From Deltaproteobacteria bacterium (GTDB taxonomy: Bacteria > Myxococcota_A > UBA9042 > DTJE01): a DNA stretch of 46,250 nucleotides. Shown piece after piece: positions 1-7,776 of the stretch. A program made the position numbers and the translations under genes. The DNA lies in NCBI GenBank assembly GCA_037442805.1, contig JBBIPO010000007.1, positions 1 through 46,250 on the forward strand, written 5' to 3'. Position 1 is the stretch's first letter. Each line of letters begins with the position of its first letter. A model generated the notes under the pieces. That model was not told the origin of the DNA and searched no databases. It saw only the letters and a program-made list of their open reading frames with translations.

Positions 1-177
1 GCGTCTCGACTGCCCGTCGGTTTCTCTTGATGGGCACACGCTACAATGCACGTTCATCGGGCCGCGGCATCGGCAGCGGACCTGCGCTGGTTCCAGTGGC
101 TCGAACGTCGGCCTGGAATGCGTGTCGCCTCTGGGCAAGGACCCCCATGGACCTGACCTCAGGGAGGAGGGGACGGG

Positions 178-966
178 ATGACGGGGCGCCTCTTCGTCGG
201 GACCTCCGGGTGGTCCTACGATGACTGGGTCGGGCGGTTCTATCCCGAGGGCCTGGCCCGGCGCGAGTGGCTGTCGCACTACGCGGAGCACTTTGGCGCC
301 GTGGAACTGAACGTCACGTTCTACCGCCTGCCGTTTCGCAACCTGGTGACGGGGTGGTCCCGCAAGGTCCCGGAAGGATTCGTCTTTGCGGCGAAGGGGA
401 GCCGCGTCGTGACCCACCGCCTGCGGTTGCGCCAGGCCGCGGGCGAGGTCGCGCGATTCCACGAGCGGATGCGCGACTTGCGGGGCCTCGCGGTCGTGGT
501 GTGGCAACTCCCGCCGTCGCTTCGTTGCGACGCGGCCCTGCTGGACGAGTTCCTCGCCGGCCTGCCGCCGGCGCCCCGCCGGGTGGTCGAATTCCGTCAC
601 CCCTCGTGGTGGGACGACGACGCGACGATCCGCGCCCTGAAACGACACAACGCGGCCTTGTGCGGGGTGAGCCACCCGCGGCTCCCGGCCGCCATGCCCG
701 ACACCGCCGACTTCGCCTATGTCCGCTTCCACGGCCTCGGTCGAAAACTCTACGACTACGACTATTCAGACGACGAACTGCGTCCCTGGGCGGACATTGT
801 GCGCGGTGTCCTCGCCTCCGGCCGCGACGCCTACGTCTTCTTCAACAACGACTACTCCGCGAATGCCGTCCGCAACGCCCTGACCTTCCAGGCCATGGTT
901 CAGGGCGGCCCCTCCAATGCAGGGTCCGCGAACGGGCCGATTGACTCACGTCTCCTGGCAGGGTAG
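178..966 (+). CDS. DUF72 (YecE-like) family protein
   Basis: The N-terminus 'LFVGTSGWSYDDWVGRFYP', then 'VELNVTFYRLP' and 'AYVFFNND', is the usual DUF72 pattern. GGAGGAGGGG lies upstream of the ATG. Third codon positions are G/C-rich. Confidence 0.8.
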   Translation: MTGRLFVGTSGWSYDDWVGRFYPEGLARREWLSHYAEHFGAVELNVTFYRLPFRNLVTGWSRKVPEGFVFAAKGSRVVTHRLRLRQAAGEVARFHERMRDLRGLAVVVWQLPPSLRCDAALLDEFLAGLPPAPRRVVEFRHPSWWDDDATIRALKRHNAALCGVSHPRLPAAMPDTADFAYVRFHGLGRKLYDYDYSDDELRPWADIVRGVLASGRDAYVFFNNDYSANAVRNALTFQAMVQGGPSNAGSANGPIDSRLLAG

Positions 967-972
967 AAGGGA

Positions 973-1929
973 ATGGGTCGGGACAGAAGGGAGGCCGTCG
1001 GCATGAGCCTGCCGGGGAGCGCGGCGACCGGTCGGATCTGTTTTGCGGACAACCTGGAGGTACTCGCGGCCCTGCCGCCTGCGTCCGTGGACCTGATCTA
1101 CGTGGACCCCCCCTTCAACACGGGGAAGGTCCAGCAACGCAAGCAACTGAAGACGGTGCGCTCCGAAGCGGGGGACCGCGTCGGATTCCAGGGACGGCGC
1201 TACGAGACCATCGTCCTGGGGACGAGGCACTTTTCCGACCTCTTCGATGACTATCTGGGCTTTCTGGAACCTCGCCTGGTCGAGGCCCATCGGGTGTTGG
1301 CCCCTCATGGCTGCCTTTACTTCCACGTGGACTATCGGGAGGTCCACTACTGCAAGGTGCTTCTGGACAGCATTTTTGGACGCGAATGTTTTTTGAACGA
1401 AATTATCTGGGCCTATGACTACGGCGGGAGGCCCCGCGACCGATGGCCTCCGAAGCACGACAACATCCTGCTCTACGCGAAACACCCCGGGCAGCACGTC
1501 TTCAACACCGACGAGATCGAGCGCATCCCCTACATGGCCCCGAGCCTCGTCGGCCCCGCGAAGGCCGAGCGGGGGAAACTGCCCACCGACACGTGGTGGC
1601 ACACCATTGTTCCCACCAATGGCGCGGAGAAGACCGGGTACCCCACGCAGAAGCCCCTCGGGATTCTCCGTCGCATCGTGCAGGCTTCCTCGCGGCCGGG
1701 CGCGCTGGTCCTCGACTTCTTCGCGGGCAGCGGGACCACGGGCGTGGCCGCCCTGGAACTGGGCCGTCGTTTCCTCCTGGTGGACAACAACCCGGAGGCG
1801 CTCGAGGTCATGGCCCGGCGCTTCGATGGTGTGAACGACATCGAGTGGGTCGGATTCGACCCGACACCGTACCAGAGGCGCGAGACGCAAGGCGACCTGT
1901 TCTCGTCGTCGGGGACGCAGGGGACGTAG
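973..1929 (+). CDS. Site-specific DNA methyltransferase, beta-class (motif IV before motif I), probably N6-adenine
   Basis: 'DLIYVDPPFNTG' (DPPF catalytic motif IV) is near the N-terminus and 'LDFFAGSGTTGVAA' (FxGxG AdoMet motif I) near the C-terminus. 'YPTQKP' is also present. The alternative start is Met at 1003. Confidence 0.85.
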   Translation: MGRDRREAVGMSLPGSAATGRICFADNLEVLAALPPASVDLIYVDPPFNTGKVQQRKQLKTVRSEAGDRVGFQGRRYETIVLGTRHFSDLFDDYLGFLEPRLVEAHRVLAPHGCLYFHVDYREVHYCKVLLDSIFGRECFLNEIIWAYDYGGRPRDRWPPKHDNILLYAKHPGQHVFNTDEIERIPYMAPSLVGPAKAERGKLPTDTWWHTIVPTNGAEKTGYPTQKPLGILRRIVQASSRPGALVLDFFAGSGTTGVAALELGRRFLLVDNNPEALEVMARRFDGVNDIEWVGFDPTPYQRRETQGDLFSSSGTQGT

Positions 1930-1933
1930 GTCC

Positions 1934-2494
1934 ATGTCGCATCCAATCGAAGACCCCGAGGTCCAGGCGCTCGCCGCGATTGCCGGCACGTTGAAGAACG
2001 ACTACATCCCCGAAGGGGCCAACGATCCGTGGGAAGGCAGTCCCACCGCCTGGATCCTGCGGGTACGCTCGTCACGGCGGAGGGGCAAGATCGGGGAGCA
2101 ACTCGTCGCAGGGTGGTGTGCGGCCAGGGGCCTCGATGTCGTCTCATGTGCGGACCAGGAAGCCGACCGGGTGATTGCTGGGCGCCGGGTCGAGATCAAG
2201 TTCTCGACGCTATGGGAGAGCGGGGTTTACACCTTCCAGCAGATCCGAGACCAGAACTACGACTACGCGATCTGTCTTGGTGTCTCGCCCTTCGATGCTC
2301 ACTGCTGGGTGGTTTCCAAGGAGGTGCTCCAGGACCACGTCATCGGTCATACGCCCCAGCACACCGGAAAGACCGGCAGGGACACCTTCTGGTTCACGGT
2401 CAGGCCCTCCGCCACGCCACCCTGGCTGGTAGGCCACGGCGGCCGCCTTGCCGACGCGTTCGAGATTCTGCGGAGATGGACAAGGAAACGCTGA
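1934..2494 (+). CDS. Hypothetical protein, candidate PD-(D/E)xK nuclease partner of the methyltransferase
   Basis: It starts 4 nt after the methyltransferase stop. 'EADRVIAGRRVEIKFS' fits a D...(D/E)xK core. I recognise no other family signature. Confidence 0.45.
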   Translation: MSHPIEDPEVQALAAIAGTLKNDYIPEGANDPWEGSPTAWILRVRSSRRRGKIGEQLVAGWCAARGLDVVSCADQEADRVIAGRRVEIKFSTLWESGVYTFQQIRDQNYDYAICLGVSPFDAHCWVVSKEVLQDHVIGHTPQHTGKTGRDTFWFTVRPSATPPWLVGHGGRLADAFEILRRWTRKR

Positions 2495-2528
2495 CGACGC
2501 AGGAGACTTCCTCGCGTCGCGGGACGAC

Positions 2529-3725
2529 TCACGCGTCCCGGAATGCATACCCATTCGGGCCGGGGCGGTGGACGCCGCGCTCGGTGATGATCGCGGTCAC
2601 GAGGGACCAGGGGGTGACATCGAAGGCGGGGTTGCGCACGCGCACCCCCTCGGCGGCCACTCGGGTGCCGCCGAAGGCGGTGACCTCCTCGGCCGGGCGC
2701 TCCTCGATGGGGATGCGCGAGCCGTCCGGGGTCGCGGGGTCCAGGGTGCTGGAAGGGGCCGCGACGTAGAACGGCACGCCGTGCCGATGGGCCAGGACCG
2801 CGTGCGTGTAGGTCCCGACCTTGTTCGCCACGTCCCCGTTCGCCGCGATCCGGTCCGCGCCGACGAGGACGCACGTGACCTCGCCCGAGGCCAGCAGGGA
2901 CCCGGCCGCGTTGTCCGTGATCACGGTCACGTCGTAGCCCTCGCGCACGAGTTCCCACGCGGTCAGTCGCGCACCTTGCAGGTAGGGCCGCGTCTCGCAC
3001 GCGATGACGCGCACCCGCTTGCCCGCCTCCCTCGCGGCCCGGATGACCCCGAGGGCCGTCCCGTAGCCGCCGGTCGCGAGCGCCCCCGCGTTGCAGTGGG
3101 TCATGACCACGGCCCCGTCCGGGACCAGGTCCGCCCCGTGCCGGCCCATCGCGCGGTTCATCGCGATGTCTTCCTCCAGGATGCGGACGGCTTCGGTGCG
3201 CAGGGCCTCGCGGATCGCACCCGGGTCCCGTCCCCGCATCCCCTCGAACACGCGGGCCATCCGGTCCACGGCCCACGCCAGGTTCACCGCGGTGGGCCGA
3301 GCCTCCCGGAGGACCCGGGCCGCCTGCTCGAAGCGGGGCACCAGGCCGTCGTCTGGCGCGTTCGCGATGTCCGCGGCGAGCCCCATCGCCGCGGCGATCC
3401 CGATCGCGGGCGCCCCGCGCACCACCATGTCCCGGATCGCGCCCGCGACCTCCTCGGCCGAGCACAGGCGCAGATAGACCTCCTCGCCGGGCAGTTTGCG
3501 CTGGTCCAGGAGCACGACCTCGTCGCGGTCCAGCGCGACCGGGCGGACCTCGAACGCCTCGACCCCCCCCGGGTCCTGGAATCCCCGGTCGCCTCCCGCC
3601 GGCTCGCAGGCCAGCAGCCGTTCCGGGTCGAGGGAGCGCACGACCTCGACGAGGTCCTCGGGGAGGTCCGAGAAGGTCACCCCACCGTCCGGGTCCACGA
3701 AGACCGTGATCTCGCCCGGACCCAT
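2529..3725 (-). CDS. mtnA: S-methyl-5-thioribose-1-phosphate isomerase (eIF-2B alpha/beta/delta family)
   Basis: '[14 protein letters not shown]', '[16 protein letters not shown]', '[10 protein letters not shown]', '[10 protein letters not shown]' and '[19 protein letters not shown]' are all present. The start is set at the first ATG that does not overlap the upstream gene, which leaves a ~55 aa N-terminal extension, so the start is uncertain. Confidence 0.85.
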   Translation of the reverse strand: MGPGEITVFVDPDGGVTFSDLPEDLVEVVRSLDPERLLACEPAGGDRGFQDPGGVEAFEVRPVALDRDEVVLLDQRKLPGEEVYLRLCSAEEVAGAIRDMVVRGAPAIGIAAAMGLAADIANAPDDGLVPRFEQAARVLREARPTAVNLAWAVDRMARVFEGMRGRDPGAIREALRTEAVRILEEDIAMNRAMGRHGADLVPDGAVVMTHCNAGALATGGYGTALGVIRAAREAGKRVRVIACETRPYLQGARLTAWELVREGYDVTVITDNAAGSLLASGEVTCVLVGADRIAANGDVANKVGTYTHAVLAHRHGVPFYVAAPSSTLDPATPDGSRIPIEERPAEEVTAFGGTRVAAEGVRVRNPAFDVTPWSLVTAIITERGVHRPGPNGYAFRDA

Positions 3726-3765
3726 CGGACCCGGGGTCCCTGGTTTCCCCCGTCTCGCCCTCGCG

Positions 3766-5799
3766 TCAGTCGATCCGCGGGATCTTGCGCATGAGGAGCC
3801 GGAGTTCTTCTTCCGAGTAGGGGATCTTGCCATCGAAGTAATCCCTGTCGTACTGGTAAACGTCCGAAAAGAACTCGACCCGCCCTTGCGGGTCCACGCC
3901 GACCGAGTTGTATTCCACGAAGATCGGAATGGGCGGGTCCAGTTTGACCTCGCGCACTTCGCCGGACGCGAGCAGCCGGTCCACCCGCTCCCGGTCCAAA
4001 CCCGCCCGCCTTTCAAGGAACAGGTACGCGACCTCGAGCGGGTCCTGCAACCGGATGCACCCGTGCGAGAAGGCGCGGATCTCGCGCTGGAAGAACGGCT
4101 TCTGGTTCGTGTCGTGCATGAAGATGCCGTACGGGTTCGGGAAGACGAACTTCACCCGGCCCAGGGCGTTGTCGTCGCCCGAGTCCTGGTAGATCTCCTC
4201 GGTCCCGTCCGGATTCACCTTGACCTTGAACTTTCGCTTCGCGAAGTAGTCGGGCTCGTCCAGGACCTCGAAATCCAGCTCCAGCCGCCGGATCCGCGCG
4301 GGCACGTACCAGCGCGGGTTCAGGAGGACCTGGTTGATCTCGGCCGTAAAGATCTTGGTCCGGTTGATGCGGCCCTCGATGCGGGCGTCCGGGTCCCGGT
4401 CCCAGTTGTTGTTGCCGACCACGACCCGGTGCTTCTGTACCAGCCGTCCCTCCTCCCACACCTCCATCTTGAACTCGGGGATGTTCACCCGGACGTAGAG
4501 CGGTTCGCCGGGCCGGACCTCGCTTTCGCGCCAACGTTGCAAGCCGAGTTCGATCTGCCGGATGCGCTGCTCGATCGGAACGTTCAGCGAGCGCACGAGC
4601 GGCCCCTCCACGAGGCCCGTCGGCTCGAAGCCATGCGTGGTCTGATAGTCCTTCACGGAGTTTTCCAGGGGGAGGTCGAACAGCGGGTCCTCCGGGTCGC
4701 CCTGGAAATAGCCCTCCTCGGCCAGGCGTCGCTTGAGGGCCTGCACGGCCTTCCCGCGCGCCCCCTGCTTCCCTTTGCCCGCGTCGGGGACCTTGGTGAA
4801 CCCGCCGTGCTCGGCCATGGCCCGGTAGCGCTTCAGGCCCGCCATCAGCCCCGCGTAATAGGGATGCGCCGGTTGCAGGGCCTTCAGGCCCGCCTCCGGG
4901 TCGCGGGCGAACGCCTCGAACGCCCCCACGATCTCGTCCAGGTGCACGAGGTCCGCCTGGGTCGGGTCCTTGTCCGCCCGGAAGGGCGCGGCCTTGATCT
5001 GGTACTTCATGTCGAGGGCGTAGCGGAAGAAGGCGACGGACGCCGTGACCTCCAGGTCCGCCCGGACCCGCGCGAGGTCCTCCTCGGCGCGCAGGACCTC
5101 TCGCGCCAGTCCCTCCCAGCGCAACACACCGGCCTCGTCGAGTCCGGTCAGTCTTCCGGCCGTGACCAGCCCCGCGACCGCCTCCGCGGTCGGGACTTCC
5201 GGGGCCTCGACGAGTCGCCACAAAGTACCCGCCGCCAGAGACGCCCGGGCCGCCTCGCGCGCGGCCGCTGCCCGAGCCCCCGCCTCCCCGACTCGCGCCA
5301 TCGCGGCTTCCAGGGCCGCCACGGGGTAGGCTTCGGTCGGGATCCCGTGGTCCGGCAGGGCCCGCACCGCCTCCAGAAGGACGCCCGCGGCCCGGGTCGG
5401 TCCCTCCGGCAGGCTGAAGAACCAGTCGTAGCCCCGCGCTTCCAGCGTGGTCCGCGTCGCCTTCTTGAACATCGGCTCCCGCCTGAGCCGTTCCAGCAGG
5501 ACCTCGCGCCGTCCCTCGGCGGCCGTCTTGCGCGCGACCCACAAGGCCTGGACCACGCGCAAGGCCTCGTCCTGGACCGCCTGGGGGAGAGATGGCGCCG
5601 CGGGGGCCACGTCCCGACCCCGCCCGGCGTCCGCCGGAGGCCTCGCCGAGGAACAACCGGCCGCGCCCCATGCGACGACCACGTAGAACGCGAGTTGTCC
5701 GCGCAACGGCACCCCGAGTCCCCCGCGCCGAACCGGCCGCGATGCTATCAGGCCGGGTTCGATTCCGTCAAAGAAACGGTGCCGTTTCGTTCTTTCCAT
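3766..5799 (-). CDS. L,D-transpeptidase (YcbB/LdtD-like) with a peptidoglycan-binding domain, probable lipoprotein
   Basis: The YkuD catalytic motif 'FSHGCIRL' is preceded by 'IFMHDT'. A PG-binding-like segment '[14 protein letters not shown]...[16 protein letters not shown]' is present. The N-terminus '[16 protein letters not shown]' looks like a lipobox. Confidence 0.85.
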   Translation of the reverse strand: MERTKRHRFFDGIEPGLIASRPVRRGGLGVPLRGQLAFYVVVAWGAAGCSSARPPADAGRGRDVAPAAPSLPQAVQDEALRVVQALWVARKTAAEGRREVLLERLRREPMFKKATRTTLEARGYDWFFSLPEGPTRAAGVLLEAVRALPDHGIPTEAYPVAALEAAMARVGEAGARAAAAREAARASLAAGTLWRLVEAPEVPTAEAVAGLVTAGRLTGLDEAGVLRWEGLAREVLRAEEDLARVRADLEVTASVAFFRYALDMKYQIKAAPFRADKDPTQADLVHLDEIVGAFEAFARDPEAGLKALQPAHPYYAGLMAGLKRYRAMAEHGGFTKVPDAGKGKQGARGKAVQALKRRLAEEGYFQGDPEDPLFDLPLENSVKDYQTTHGFEPTGLVEGPLVRSLNVPIEQRIRQIELGLQRWRESEVRPGEPLYVRVNIPEFKMEVWEEGRLVQKHRVVVGNNNWDRDPDARIEGRINRTKIFTAEINQVLLNPRWYVPARIRRLELDFEVLDEPDYFAKRKFKVKVNPDGTEEIYQDSGDDNALGRVKFVFPNPYGIFMHDTNQKPFFQREIRAFSHGCIRLQDPLEVAYLFLERRAGLDRERVDRLLASGEVREVKLDPPIPIFVEYNSVGVDPQGRVEFFSDVYQYDRDYFDGKIPYSEEELRLLMRKIPRID

Positions 5800-5850
5800 C
5801 GCTCCCTCGAACCGGTATTCTTGATGCGCTTGCCGCGACGGGGTGGTGCG

Positions 5851-7263
5851 ATGCGACGCCGGACGCGCGTGGTCGGGTTCCTGTGGGTCATGGCGGTCTG
5901 CGCGTGCGAGTCGGGCCGGGGCTCGTCGCCGCCGGGGGACCTCGGTCCGGCCGACGCGGGCGCGGACGGTCCCGCGCCCGAGTGCGTGGGTCACGCGGAC
6001 TGCGACGACCACGACCCCTGCACCCTCGATGCCTGCCTGAACGGCGAGTGCCGTCACGGTCCGGTCTCGTGCGACGACCAGGACCTGTGCACCGACGACT
6101 GGTGCGGGGCGGAAGGGTGCGGGCACACGCGCAAGCCCGGGTGCTGCCAGGCGGACCTGGACTGCGACGACCAGGACCCCTGCACGCGCGACCGCTGCCT
6201 CTCCCACGCCTGCGTTCACGACGTCCCCGACCCGACGTGCTGCTCGAAGGATCCCCAGTGCGACGACGGGAACGAGTGCACGTTCGACCTGTGCCAGTCC
6301 GGGAAGTGCGCCCACCAGAAGGTCGTGGGAGGGACGTGCTGCGACAGTGCGGAGGACTGTTTCGATTCCAATCCATATACGGATGAATATTGTATTGATG
6401 GAAAATGCCAGTACAAGAACAACGGCAGCGGCTGCATGGACGACCAGGACTGCGACGACCTCAACCCCTGCACGACCGGGACCTGCAACGCCAAGCAGAA
6501 GTGCGACCAGGTCTGGAAGAAGGGGTGCTGCGTCACCTCGGAGGACTGCGACGACCACAACGCCTGCACGAGCGAGACGTGCAAGTCGGGTGCGTGCGAG
6601 GTCACGCCGATCGAGCAATGCTGCAAGGACGACTCGGATTGCCAGGTCGCGGACCCGTGCAAGCAGGGGACCTGCCAGATCCCGCCGGGCCAGGACAGGG
6701 GCGAATGCGTCATTTCTCTGATCTCGACCCCGGAGTGCTGCACCTCGACACTGGTGCACGCCGACTTCGATGACGCGACCCTCCAAGGGTTCGAGGTCGC
6801 CCCCCTCTACGCGGGCGGAGGCCCCTCGTGGGTCGTGGATTCGCGCCGGTTCGCGAGCCCGCCCCGCAGCCTGTACTTCGGGGACCCGGCCACGCACACG
6901 TACGACGCGGGGATGGGGCAGCCCGCGGGCGGGAGCGCGACCTCGCCGGAGGCGGACCTCGCCAAGACCTGGGAGCCGGTCGTGCGGTTCTCGCTGTGGA
7001 AGCAGACCGAGGTGGTGGCCTCGTCGGACGTCCTGTCCCTGCGCGTCGTGGCCGGAGGCCAGGAGCACGAGGTCTGGTCCAGCGCCGCGTTCCCGCAGTT
7101 TTCGGACACGGGCGGGGCGTTCGTGCCCGTCGAGGTCTCCCTGGCCGCGTTCGCGGACCAGAAGGTCCGCATCCGGTTCGTGTTCGACACGATCACGGGG
7201 TTCGCGAACGCCTACGAAGGGGTCTATCTGGACGACATCGAGGTGGTCGGCCGGTGTCTGTGA
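5851..7263 (+). CDS. Cysteine-rich repeat lipoprotein with a C-terminal MAM/choice-of-anchor-J-like beta-sandwich domain
   Basis: The signal/lipobox is 'VVGFLWVMAVCAC'. About 10 repeats follow of the form C-x2-D-x-DCDD-x2-(P/A)CT-x-D-x-C-x2-G-x-C. The C-terminus ends 'AYEGVYLDDIEVVGRC'. The alternative start is at 5824. Confidence 0.8.
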   Translation: MRRRTRVVGFLWVMAVCACESGRGSSPPGDLGPADAGADGPAPECVGHADCDDHDPCTLDACLNGECRHGPVSCDDQDLCTDDWCGAEGCGHTRKPGCCQADLDCDDQDPCTRDRCLSHACVHDVPDPTCCSKDPQCDDGNECTFDLCQSGKCAHQKVVGGTCCDSAEDCFDSNPYTDEYCIDGKCQYKNNGSGCMDDQDCDDLNPCTTGTCNAKQKCDQVWKKGCCVTSEDCDDHNACTSETCKSGACEVTPIEQCCKDDSDCQVADPCKQGTCQIPPGQDRGECVISLISTPECCTSTLVHADFDDATLQGFEVAPLYAGGGPSWVVDSRRFASPPRSLYFGDPATHTYDAGMGQPAGGSATSPEADLAKTWEPVVRFSLWKQTEVVASSDVLSLRVVAGGQEHEVWSSAAFPQFSDTGGAFVPVEVSLAAFADQKVRIRFVFDTITGFANAYEGVYLDDIEVVGRCL

Positions 7264-7769
7264 CGTTTCCCCCGGACACGCCCCGGGAAGCGGTCCCGGA
7301 CCTGCGGGAACAGGTGCGCGAAGACGCGCAGCGCCTGTGGGGCTTGATGCGGGGGTTGAGGACCGGGCTCGCGGCCGGGGCCTTGACCCTGCACCTCGGC
7401 GCGACCCTCGCGGTCACGTGGGTCGTGTTCACCGAAGCCTTTCCCTATCCGGCGATGTACCCGCTGATGGGCCTGATCCTGTGGCTTTTCGCCTGTTTCC
7501 GGTTCTTCGCGCAGGCCCTCCGGCGACACGTGGCGGCCGCGGGCCTCGTCCTGTTCAACCTGGCCCTGCTCGCCTTCTGGGGAGCGGTCCTCGCGGACCA
7601 GATCCCCGGGCGACCCGTCGTGGTCGAGGGCCACGTGGTGTCGCGACCCGACCTCCCTATCCTAGTGGTCCCCATCGGGATGTACGCGCTGGCCGCGCTC
7701 GCCATCGCGGTCCAGACGTGGGTGTCGTGGTGGCAACGGCGCCGGGACCGGTTCGGACGGCCCTGGTGA
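7254..7769 (+). CDS. Hypothetical polytopic membrane protein (about 4 TM helices)
   Basis: A GTG start overlaps the stop of the preceding gene (GTGTCTGTGA). Hydrophobic helices include 'LAAGALTLHLGATLAVTWVVF' and 'LMGLILWLFACFRFF'. The start codon is uncertain. Confidence 0.5.
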   Translation: MSVTFPPDTPREAVPDLREQVREDAQRLWGLMRGLRTGLAAGALTLHLGATLAVTWVVFTEAFPYPAMYPLMGLILWLFACFRFFAQALRRHVAAAGLVLFNLALLAFWGAVLADQIPGRPVVVEGHVVSRPDLPILVVPIGMYALAALAIAVQTWVSWWQRRRDRFGRPW

Positions 7770-7776
7770 GCCACCC

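Noticed and set aside
5812..5828. A possible sigma-54 -24/-12 element, 'CGGTATTCTTGATGC', upstream of the first cysteine-rich gene.
   Set aside because: Only the GG/GC spacing matches. The flanking consensus bases are poor, and the 51-nt divergent spacer leaves little room. It is too weak to annotate.
3496..5850. The N-terminal 785 codons of the 1255-aa plus-strand ORF, overlapping mtnA and the L,D-transpeptidase gene.
   Set aside because: The sequence is Arg/Pro/Gly-rich with no motifs. It is antisense to two genes with clear family signatures. Only the part from 5851 onward (signal peptide plus Cys repeats) looks real. This is a typical high-GC shadow ORF.
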